Assembly (NCBI RefSeq): GCF_024521635.1
Contig: NW_026250431.1
Coordinates: forward strand, 124,001 to 188,000
Direction of reading: 5' to 3'
Origin: Tricharina praecox
Lineage: Eukaryota
Length of the DNA: 64,000 bases
The position numbers were made by a program, and so were the translations under genes. This document shows positions 24,773 through 35,083 of this stretch, one piece after another. Every line of letters begins with the position of its first letter. Position 1 is the stretch's first letter. Under the pieces are notes generated by a model, which was not told the DNA's origin, ran no database searches, and worked only from the letters and a program-made list of their open reading frames with translations.

Positions 24773-25757
24773 GCTGCAGCAAGGTAGCGGATACGGACGC
24801 CGGCGTGACGTGCCCTTACCAGTCTCACTGGCACATCTCAAGAGGCGGATCAGCAATGAAAAGTGGAGAGAGGCGCATCAGTGGTCACGGACCCGGATCA
24901 AAAACCAGCCGTACGATACCAGGTAGCCTCCGAAAAAGACCCCTGATCCGCTCCCCGCCAAAGCGCCAAAGAAGCTAGCCGCCCGCTTCTACCAGCTGAA
25001 GACAGGTCACGTAATCATGGCGGAGTACCTGAAGTGGATTAAGAAGCGGGATGATGACCATTGCTGGAGGTGCAACAGGCCTACCAAGCGGTCCCGGGAG
25101 CACCTCTTCAAAAACTGCTCACGGTGGAGAAGTCAGCCGAAAGCCTTGTGGGCGAACGTCCGGAAGGAGACGCAGAGAAGGGAAGAGAGGTGGTTGATAG
25201 CGGAGGTGTTCACCGACGAGCGGTGCAGCGAGGCAACCCTAGAGTTTCTGGGAACGACGGATGTGGGGAGGAAAGCACCAGCAGACCTGGACGAGTATAA
25301 GGAGGAGGAGGAGGCGAGCACCGCATCGGGGCAGAGCATGAGTGCCCAGCAGGGTACTGTGTCTGTGTCCAGTGCGAAGAAGCAGGAGATGAGGATGAGC
25401 GGTAAAAGTGTCGTGGTGCGATTTCATTTGTTTTATTTGTTAGGCAGCGGCGCCACATCGTGCTGGCTGGTAACGGGTTCCTAACCCCCAGCCGGCCAGA
25501 GTGGGCAGGAAAGGAGTGTGTTGGTTCTCCATAGTCCAGATATGCTGTATGGGAAATAAAATAGGAAGATCTCTCTCTCTCTCTAATCGCCTCGACGTTT
25601 GACGTTATTCAGCCAGAGTGGGCAGGAAAGGAGTGTGACGGTTCGCAATAGTCTGGTCTACTAAGGCTGCATGCAACAATAAATTGATGTTCTCACTCTT
25701 TGTCGCCTCGCATTTGACGTTTTACCCTGGGATCTTCAACCCAGCCAAATGGGTGGA

Positions 25758-25844
25758 AGCAAAAGCAAAAGCAAAAGCAAAAGCAAAAGCAAAAGCAAAA
25801 GCAAAAGCAAAAGCAAAAGCAAAAGCAAAAGCAAAAGCAAAAGC
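25758..25844. repeat. (GCAAAA)n microsatellite, ~14 units
   Basis: Perfect hexamer run seen directly. Confidence 0.95.
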
Positions 25845-27777
25845 ATGGGGCGAATGCGAATGCGAAAAAATCACCTACCGGTAACTATAGCCACCCGATA
25901 GGTAGTCCTTCCTGCCAGAATCCGGACCCAGTAGAGCAAAGTTATCTGACCACCGACACAGCTCTCCTGACAGGACACACACACTCGGGTCCTGGAAGGG
26001 GTCCCTCCTGTACTTTAGTGTCCCGAGAGGCTTAATAACTTCAGGATGGTGGTGCGCGGCAATGGAGTATCAAGTTGGAACGACTTAATGATATTTTTTC
26101 TCTCCTTTTTTGTTTTGTTTCGTCAGTGATTGCTTGCGGCCTAAGTAGATCATGGCAATATATGTGCACACTCTGTTTCCCCGCCACTGTCCGACCCGAC
26201 TTTCATCGAGTGGCCCGATGTGGCTTTCCCTGCCCCCACCGTGGCCTGACCCAGCAACGTATGAGCGCCCTAAAGAGATGATGCTAGGAAAAACCAAATT
26301 GCAATTCCTCGACTCGTCCCTCTTGGTCGTCGCCGCTTCCTGCCTCTTCCAAAAGGGAGGCCATGAAGGAAGGTGTGGGGAAGGACAGCGGGCCGGAGCC
26401 TGGCTCCTCAGCCTCAGCGCCCTCCTCCTCCTCTCGTCTCAGTTCTGCCTCCCTCTGTTCCCGGTCCCTGAGCTCCCACTCGAAGACCTCGCTCTCTGTA
26501 TCTTCCTCGGCGGTCTCACGCATCCGTCTGCCCACATCGGTGGTGGAAAGGAATTTGAGAATCGCCTTGCTGCATCGTTCATCTGCGAAGAGGTCCCGGA
26601 TCTTGAATCGGTGTTTGTTCCTCCTGGTGTGCTTCCGGACCTGTGCCCACAAAATTTTCTGCTGGCTTTTCCATTCTGGGAAATTTTTGAAGAGATGCTC
26701 CCGAGTGTGAGTTTTGTACCGGCACCAGCCGCAGCGGGCGTTTGGTTAGCTTGTCGGCCACTGGAGGTACTGGCCGGTGAGGCAGTGCCCTGTCTTGAGC
26801 TGGTAAAACCTGGAGGTTAGGCGCTTGGGGGCGGAGGCTGGGAGCGCGTCTGGTGTCTGGCCTGACTTCCTGCTGAATCTGTATTTTCTGTGGGTGATAC
26901 GAGCGTCGGCCCATTCCTTCGCTTCTTTCCACTGGGTTTCCGTTATACCCCGTCGCAGGTAGGCAAGCGATGCTGGTGGTGGCTGGCTGGCGCCATGTCG
27001 GTACGTGTGGCGGGTGACTTTCACTCTGCGCGCGGTCGGCTCGCTGGCTGCTAGTTTGGCCCATTCGCCGGCCTGTTTGTTCTCAGGGACGCCTTTGTGT
27101 GCTGGGCACCACCTGATTTCGATGGTGATTCCTGGCTCTCTTCGGCGGATTGTGGCTAGGTGCTTTCGTGCCTCGATGGGGTACTTCTGGCCAGGGCCAG
27201 GGTTGCCATGGGTCATCCGTCTGACGGCTGCTTGTGCGTCTGTGTAGATAGTGACTCTGCTAAGTGTGTGCCGCCTATCGGCGGCTACCTTCAATGCCCG
27301 GGCGATCGTGGCGCATACGGCATCGTAGGCCTCCCACTGGCGGCCCATATGCACCTTGCGTCTCTTCCATCCCGTGCCGTGGCGCCAGGCCACTGCGTAG
27401 CCGGCAGCCTTGGAGTTCGGCCTCGATCCATCCGTATACATCGTGAGTCCCAGAGGTTGTTGGTCTGCTGCATGTGCATGGGCGAGTTTCTCCTCCTCCA
27501 TGGTGATGGTGCAGTCTAATGCTTCAGCTTCGTCCAGTAGCACTGTTTCATCTGTCCGCCCAGGGTGCCCTAGGAAGGTCACTAGTCGTTGTCCGAGGGG
27601 GCTGTCGGCCCCAACTAGTTCTCTCGCTTGGTCACCCTTAGGTAGGCTAATGAGCCTCAGGGCGAAGCGTCTGTCTCGGTTGTTGAGCTGTGATGTGGCC
27701 AGTCTCAGTCCTGATTCCAGGGAGAGAGCACCTAGGTTGGTGGCCCTGAAGTTTCCTGTGACCGCTCTGGCCTCCTG

Positions 27778-28705
27778 TGTAACACCGGGGTGGTTCACAG
27801 TTGGCACGCTCACAGCAGCGGGCAAAGACAGTCTACTGGTCAGAAGAGAACAGCACTTGTACAATGGCGGTGAAGTGAACGTGGAGGCCCAACTGATTCG
27901 CACGGCGGCTTGTTCTTGGAAACAACTGAAAAGGGTTGATGATCGGATAATCACGAATAGGGAGAAAGAGTAAAGTCAAGAGTAACAATGTCTGATTTTT
28001 ATGGCTTAACTCCCAGTGATGGTAGTCGATGCCTTCTCTACGAAAGAAAGTCACACGACTCACCCCGCCTGATGTCTAACTATGAGCGCTCGGGAGAGTA
28101 TTACCTCGGTAATACACATGAGTATCTCGTACGAGATGTGGTCGATGGTTCTAGGCACTGGGTCTCGGGTACCGAACCCTTGTCTATCTTCGATTTTAGT
28201 GTTTCCGAGCTGAACTCGTATGCACCCTTGAGTTGGTCGGCGACTATAAACGACGGAGCCGCAGCCTATTGGCCCGATGACTTCCGTGTACTTCCGGTGA
28301 CTACTATCTCGCAGATAGTATGTGTCTCCTAACTGTCTGTGACGTGTCTCAAGTGCCGCAGCAATCGCAGTATGACTGCTGAAGTATGTATATGCAACTC
28401 GACGAGTTTTGATCCAAACTTCTCCAAAGTACTGACAGATGACAGGCTTCCCCTCATATACCCACCGGATCCGGATACGTTTTACCTCGCCTGTCCGGCA
28501 CGACCGTTCGAGGGTTATTTTGACCCCCAAATAAAACTTTATTTGTATGGGAAACGGCAACTAGTATGCTTTTACTATGGCGGCCACGGAGGATAACCTT
28601 TGACAACCTGCACGTCTTACCGAGGTAATGGTTGATGATCACCAACAGCGGTACTGATATACTCCCATATGCCTGAGGTATGTGGCCAGCTCGCTGGGTG
28701 TAACA
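27778..28705. mobile_element. Probable solo LTR (928 bp) at the LINE-A deletion junction
   Basis: Termini TGTAACACC...GGTGTAACA (8/9 inverted match, TG..CA) lie exactly where LINE ORF2 and ORF1 similarity stop. No matching TSD. Confidence 0.7.
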
Positions 28706-31087
28706 GATTCTTATGCGCGTCCACGTCTCGTTGGTGCCGATGTCCACAATTCCCACATCCACCCTTCTTGCTGCTGCCAGGATCTGGGCCTTGTACCGGA
28801 TGGGCATTGCTGAAGCTGCGCCGCGAGTGGCTGCTGCTGTGAGCGTTCCCTTGTAGCTGCGTTTAGCTTTTTCCAGCCTGATGTGCCCGGGGGCGCCTGC
28901 TACGTGCAGGGCGATGTTCACAGTGGAGGTGATGTTCTGTTCTATCTCCATTGGGAAGGGTGTCACGCTATCTCTGACGAAGGTGATTCTTTGATCATCG
29001 CTCTTGACGAACCCTTTCGGTGCTTCGGGTGGTGCTTGGGGTGCAGGTTTGGCTGCGTTTCCGTTCCTGCCCACTTGGATAAAGCCGTCTGGCTGGTCGG
29101 TGGGTGGGGCTCCTGCTGTGACGTTTGCGTATGTCGTCTTCAGGCGTGGGATGGCCCCCAGCCCTGCCTTTGGAGGGGTCGTCTGTGATGCTTCAGGTGT
29201 CATAACAGGCGCCTGTCTCGCGATGATGTTGGGGTCTCGGCCAATCGCTGGGCAGCCCTTCGCTCTCCATTCTTCTATCGCTGGCAAGCCTGCTGCGTGT
29301 GCCCTATCTCCCGACAAGCTGATCTCATTCGGCCATCTGTCTTCTTCTGCGGCGAGCGTGCGCTCTTTTTCTTGTAGCGCTTCCTCCTCTGCCTCATCTT
29401 CAGGGCTCAACGTAGCGTAGTTGACCGCTGTCCACACTCTGCCGTAGGTCTCCACTTCATCGTCCACCAACCTCTGCCTCCGGGCTTTTTCCTCACGCGC
29501 CAGTATTTCCGGGCGTTTGAGGATTTCAGTCGGAGTTGGGACGGCGACTGCTGTATCTTGTCCTTTCCCCTTCGCTTTGGCACGGGAGCGCCCGTTTGGT
29601 CGGTGGCAGGAGGGCCCTTTCGCCGCGGAAGGGTCATCAGCCGTACGAGTGCCGCCTGGCAGGATCTTGGGTGCATGCATGCTCTCCTCCAATCCACCTC
29701 CGTCCACCCCGTCTATTCCCATCTCTGCATCTCTGGCCGCCTCGATGAGGATCGCCTTGGTGATGTCTCCTCTCGCCAGGATGGCGTCTCCATCTGCGGT
29801 CTGTGCCGCTACCCTGTCCATTTCCTCCCTGCGCTTTTTCTTCTCTTTTTCCCTTTTCCTGTTGTCCACTTCAAGCCCACGTTGAACTTGAATATTCGTC
29901 TTCATTTCCGCCCGCATCTCTATTTCCATCTCCCGATCCATCCTCTTCTGGGCTTCTTTGCAGTAGATGGATTGCAGCGGGGCTGCCCTCTGCTCCTTTC
30001 GCAGCTCCTGAGAGAGGTATTCGGAGGGTGTGGGGGTGGGGGACGGATTGCGCCGCTGGGGCAGGGCGACACTGCTGCCCGGCCTCTCCACTTAGTGAAG
30101 ACGGTTCCCGTCCCACAGACCCTTGACTCTCGCCCCCATAAGGTGGCCTTGTCTCCAGTGCTCGTGCCTTTCCTTGTTCTGCTCAACCTGATAACCCCTG
30201 AAGCAGTTTCAGGAGGTGCTCTCGTAGCGGTCCAGGGACTCCAAAGTCAGCTGGGTTGCTTCCATTGTCTCGGTCAGTTTCGCCAGCACCTCGCCCAGCT
30301 TCGTCCATTTTTCCTCTTGGTTGTTCAGCACCTCCGCTAAATAGGCAGTCTTCCTTCCAAGGTCGTCCTCCATCACTTGGATGCGAGCCAAAATGGCTGA
30401 CAGCATCTCCATTGTGGCCGCTTGCTGGTCACTGATCGTCGGCCGGAGGGCTCGCACCGGTCGGGCCGACGTGTGCTTCGGCTGCGGAGTGCCGACTGCT
30501 ACTCTCTTTCGGGTTCTGGTAGGTGTGGCCGGCGCGGGGGTGGGGCCGTGGGTGGGAGTGCCCATCCGGTTTCCGCTCTTGCTATTCGTCCGATCCTCGT
30601 CCCTCTATGCGCCTTCTGCCAGCTCTGACAAGTCGCTCTCTGACCCAGTGTCTCCGCCCGGCATCCCTCTCAGGGTCAGCTCCATGCCTACTAAATTTTC
30701 TTCCTGCGTCTCCCTGTCCTTCGCTGCCTGAAGTCGCTCTCTGAGCGGGGTCCCCTCACGGGTACCCGCCCCAAAAATATCATCCTCGTTACCCACCCTC
30801 TTCATTTCCTCTGCTCTCTTCTGTGCGCTGCTGAGGGGCTTGTCTCCTCCCTGGGGAGGGAGAAGTAAGTCTCTCATCTGCGAGGCACTGTCTGCCTCCT
30901 CCGCCAGCTGTCTAGCCCGCTTGTCGGCTATCGCTGGGTCTTGTTCCTGAGCCGGGCTCGACATCGTGATGTTGAGTGGCGAAAGGAAGTCGGTTTCGAT
31001 ACTGGGGTTGGTTTAGCGTCGCTAGGTCTTGGCAAAATTAACGATGCGTGTGTGATGTCGGGGGATGGTGGTGTATTTTTTTCTCCC

Positions 31088-31190
31088 CAGCCCGGCGTGT
31101 GTAGCCCAGTCCGGTGTGTGTAGCCCAGCCCGGTGTGTGTAGCCCAGCCCGGTGTGTGTAGCCCAGCCCGGTGTGTGTAGCCCAGCCCGG
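31088..31190. repeat. 19-bp minisatellite (CAGCCCGGTGTGTGTAGCC) x5 in the LINE-A 5' UTR
   Basis: Five near-perfect tandem units plus a partial unit. Confidence 0.95.
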
Positions 31191-31853
31191 GCTGGTGGAC
31201 CGTAGCGAGTGAGGTCCAATGATGCGTCTCACTGCTAGTATCGTCGAGTGTGGTGGATCCGGCACGGCCACCTCCTGTATCCTAACAACAATTGCAACAT
31301 AGTCACTTCCCGCATATGTCTGCAGAGGTAGAACGACTGTTTAGTAGCGCTAAACACATGGTGATGGGCCGCCGGTAAGGGGTTGAAGTCGGAGATCATT
31401 GAGGCCTACGAATGTTTGCGGCCATGCTTCCGCCACTGTGGACTTGTCTTTTTGGTAGAGTAGCTTTACATTTCATGTAATCCTTCTATTTTCTTCTGTC
31501 TTTCCTTCTAGAGGGCGCTGCCGGCGTGAGCCCGTTTCCTATATCTGTACAATACATTCAATACTCTCTCTTCTGTCCTTCGTCTCGCCGGCGTGAGCTT
31601 GTTGCCTATCTATCACGAGAGAGAGAGAGAGAGAGCATCAGTTTATTGTCGGATGCGGCCTTACTAGATTATGGCGACCACCAAGTTCCCCGGGAACGCT
31701 GTGTGAACTTTGAAGTCCAGACTCCAGTGCATCGACTAGCTCCCCATGTGGATCCGGATCACCATGTGGCGGGGAAACCGATCCAAATCCGGGTAGATAC
31801 GGTTATCGACACGGTTATTGATCATCATCATCCAGCGATGCAGCTAGCGTGGG

Positions 31854-32427
31854 AGAGAGAGATCTTCCTGTTTTATTTCGCATGCAGCCTATGTATCTAG
31901 ACTATGGCGAACCTGCGAACTCCGTTTCCTGTCCGCCCTGACCATTCCAGGTGAAAGCCGCGGTACCGACCAGTCCGATGCCGCACCGCTGCCTGCCTGC
32001 CTGCCAAACAAATAACAAAAGTAATCGCACCAAGAAAATATCACCGCATATCCTCATTTCCTACCTACCTACATACTTCCTCGCACCGGCCGCACGGCGC
32101 AGACACAGTACCCTGCTGGCCAGGGCACTCTTGCTCTGCTCCCGATGCAATGCTCAGATCTGGCAATGCTTGCCTCCTCCTCCTCCTACAGGTCTGGTGG
32201 AGCTCTCCTCCCCACATCTGTCGTTCGATCTAGAAACTCTAGGATTGCCTCGCTACACCGCTCGTCAGCGAACAACTCCACTATCGATCGACCACCTCTC
32301 TTTCCTTCTCTCCGTCTCCTTCCCGACCTTCACCCACAAGGCTTTCTATTGGCTTCTCCACCGTGAGCAGTTTTTGAATAGGTGCTCGCGTGATGGCGTG
32401 CCCCGACTTCGGCTGGTAGAAGCGGGC
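31854..32427 (-). mobile_element. LINE family B 3' fragment at the same site as 19126-19599
   Basis: Reverse complement of parts of 24975-25585 including the (CT)n tail. Flanked by GCTAGCGTG on both sides. Confidence 0.85.
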
Positions 32428-33789
32428 CCGCTAGCGTGCGAACCACCACCCCCTCCTACTCACTGCTCAGCCGTGTTTCCCGCGTCACACTTCAGCCGCA
32501 TCCACCTATCTATGATTAGGGTTATAGGATTCTTTGTAGGGCCAGATCTGCCAAGAACTCGCCCCACAATCAACACGCGCTCCACCACAAAACCCCACAA
32601 CTCCTTCTCCACCTTCCTTCCTTCCTTCCTTCTTCACTTTCTTTCTTCGCTTTCCTTCTCCACTTTCCTCCATCTTCACTTTCCTTCTTGCATCTTCACA
32701 ATCACTCGTTCGATCGATACCTTCGCTACGCACCTTCAGAATACAACTACCGGTACGCACCTCCCACAACGATCACCGCCGGCAAGATAAACGCAATCCC
32801 CTGGTGCGCCGCCCGACATCATTGTCGAGAATTCCAGGATACCACCCCGGTGGCTTTGGGAGCACTGTTCTCCCGCCGTCCAACTTGGGTGTGAGGTTGG
32901 CGACAACCACGAGTCCGCGACCTCATGCGGCGCTGTTGTTTCTGTTTCTGGGGTTTCATCTTTGATGGGTCCAGAAGGAGGACAAGATGTCGACCTCATT
33001 GTCGCCATCGCCTCTGTCGATTGACGCGAGTAATCGCAAAGACGAATACCATCAATGCCCACCCGCCGCCGCCACTCTGAGAGTCGGTGGTGGTGGTGGC
33101 GGCGGGTGGGGGTTTCCACTTATTGTGGAAGGATCAAGAGAGGAAGAGATGAGGAGATGAGGAGAGGAGGAGATGATGGATGTCGAGACGACCAGCAAGG
33201 GAGAGAGGAGGTATACCAGCGTGGCACCCCGTGTGCTTGTGTTCTCCATCCACCTCACTCACTCCCTCAACTGCGATCTTTCAAGTTTCGATCCCCGGCC
33301 TATTGTTTTGTTGCCGCAGAGCAGAAAATCTGCCCTTCCCTTTCTCAAAAAGTAAGTTTCATAACCCTTGGCGACTAAGAACTGGAAAATGGAAAATGGC
33401 ATGCTGACCTTTTTTGCAAGAGATTGGACCTGGGAACCAGCCCGCCCGACCCGCGGCGGCCCCGTCCCCACGGACCACTGTCCCTGGGGGCGCTGTATGA
33501 CTGCTCCGAGAGGGAATCCGTGGGTTCATGAGAGAAGGTCGTGGCGGTGCGGAAGTTGTTGAATATATGCTAAGGCGCCGAGGTGGATGCCGGAGAGTGT
33601 GGAAGTTGGATTGTGGGGTGTCAAGAATATGGATGATAGAGATAGGGATGGATAGATAGACAATGTTCGGTTGATTCTCTACTTCTCGTCGGGACAGAAG
33701 GCCATATGCGACAATAAATTGATGCAGGTTCTTGCTTTCTGCTTCGCGTACCTGTTTCTGTTTTGCTTCTGGTTGTTGTATTTCCTTTC

Positions 33790-34050
33790 TATACCGGCCA
33801 ATCTGCCCATCGCCGCCGTTGGACGAAAGACCTTCCTGCTGCCCGAGCTTGGCCCGAGGATCATCTCGCTCTCGAATAAGCGCTACTGCCAGAACAACGG
33901 ACGTGGCTTCTTTATCCTGCGCGGACTTGAACCGAAAAAATACAGTGCCAGGGACAATGTCATCCTCTACGCGGGAATTGCTATTTATGTGGCCGAGAGA
34001 CGAGAATTGCTATTTATGTGGCCGAGAGACGAGGACGGCAGGATGACAAG
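33790..34050 (+). pseudogene. Fragment of a TauD/clavaminate synthase-like Fe(II)/2-oxoglutarate dioxygenase gene
   Basis: TFLLPELGPRI..LS....NGRGFFILRGLEPKKYSARDNVILYAGIAIYVAERR(GRQD) matches my recollection of the N-terminal part of fungal TauD-family proteins. Frameshifted by a 29-bp tandem duplication at 33975-34032. No catalytic region follows. Confidence 0.7.
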
Positions 34051-34606
34051 ATCAACTATCTACGTGGGTTCCAATGTTTCTGGCATACTCTTCCGTTCTC
34101 CCTCTTTCACGCCTCGAATTTGACGTTTTGCCGGGATCCTCAGCCTAGCCAAGTGCGCAGAAGCAAATGCAAAAGAAAAAGCACGGGCGAATATGAAGGC
34201 CAACTCACCAGTAAGAAGTACCTAGGTAGCCGGAAGTCCTGCCTACCAGAATCCGCATCCCGCAGAGAGTCGTCCAATCTCCGATCGAGCGCGCCAGGCA
34301 TATGGGGGGACACATGCGGGCAGCGCAGGCAACAGCCCAACCTATTCAAAGCCAGCCCGCAGCCCGCAGCCCGGCACCTGTAGTCCAGCCCGGGCTGTTG
34401 AACTTTTGGTGGTAGATATTCGAGATAGTATTCAGCCGAAGAGGATATATATGATGAAGTCTAGCCAGGTGGGCAGGATCAGGCCCTTTTATAGGTACCA
34501 AGACAGCAAGTCCTCAATTGTACAGAAGAGAGAACAATCAACGGTGAGAACGTGAGAAATGAGCAATCCGCAAGTCGGCCGTGAAACAAACACATGAAAA
34601 ACAGTT

Positions 34607-35020
34607 CTTTTTTTTGTTCAGTCATTGATTACATGCGACCTATCTAGATCATGGTAATACCATCTACACATTCACCCCCCCCCCCCCCGGTTTCCACGCC
34701 ACTGTCCAACCCAAATTTCGTCAGGCGGCCCGATGTGGCTTCCCCTGCCCTCCGCCCCGGCCGGTCCCAAAACCATGTCTCCACCGTTCGCACTCGCCTC
34801 CACACCCCCGCTCGTCCCCGTACCCACCCTCGTCCACGCACCCGTACAACAAACGCATGACAAGGAAACCAGCAAACGAGTGATATCCGTGAAGGATGAA
34901 TCAGACAAACATGAGACAATCAACACGGGCTGGTGGGCCGTAGCGAGTGAGTTCCAGTGCTGCATCTCACTGCTACTCTAGTATCGTCGAGTGTGTTCCG
35001 GCACGGCCATCTCCTGTATA
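34607..35020 (-). mobile_element. Bipartite non-autonomous LINE-A derivative (SINE-like, ~415 bp)
   Basis: 34926-35020 matches the LINE-A 5' end (31188-31280). 34607-34765 matches the LINE-A 3' tail with a poly-A tract. No coding remnant lies between them. Confidence 0.82.
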
Positions 35021-35083
35021 GAATCATCGTCCGCAACTGAATCATCTCTCGCAACAAAGTCACCTCCGTCAACAAATCGCCGT

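Larger units (their letters stand above)
22004..25585 (+). mobile_element. 5'-truncated, degenerate Tad1-like LINE (family B): RT, RNase H and CCHC
   Basis: RT motifs LLMDVKSAFNNV, GIPQGSPVSPILF, SFVDD, RWLGIWID. RNase H motifs IFTDAQAA and WCPAH...GNEIAD. Zn knuckle CWRC...REHLFKNC. In-frame stops and frameshifts, (CT)n tail, and TSD ATCGCCTCGACG at 21992-22003 and 25586-25597. Confidence 0.93.
18656..25960 (+). repeat. Composite repeat X copy 1, inflated by nested LINE, LTR and hAT insertions
   Basis: Colinear with 35084-37130 from TTTATGCGTAGACCTGTTTGGATGTA through the GCAAAA tract once the insertions are removed. Confidence 0.8.
26105..31280 (-). mobile_element. Degenerate Tad1-like LINE (family A): 5' UTR, ORF1, ORF2 3' half and 3' tail; APE/RT region missing
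   Basis: ORF1 runs from ATG 30964 to ~28706 in one frame with three in-frame stops. ORF2 remnant below 27777 has RNase H (MYTDGS, IYTDAQAA, RWCPAHKGV), RFYQLKTGH and an acidic C-terminus. Conserved 3' tail ends in an A-rich tract at ~26105. Confidence 0.9.
31694..34290 (+). repeat. Composite repeat X copy 2
   Basis: Colinear with 18968-20820 and with the GCCTCGA..TTGACGTT / CAGCCTAGCCAAGTGCGCAGAAGCAAA module at 36930-37100. Confidence 0.8.

Noticed and set aside
28454..28705. Terminal extensions of ORF 28454-30091 and ORF 26746-27954
   Set aside because: These ends are read-through into the LTR-like insert and are not LINE protein.
31088..31190. Regular short repeats here and at 9397-9585 as CRISPR arrays
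   Set aside because: No unique spacers, eukaryotic context and no cas genes.
34630..34760. ACATGCGACC start resembling 5S rRNA
   Set aside because: Similarity ends after ~10 nt. The sequence is the antisense of the LINE 3' tail.
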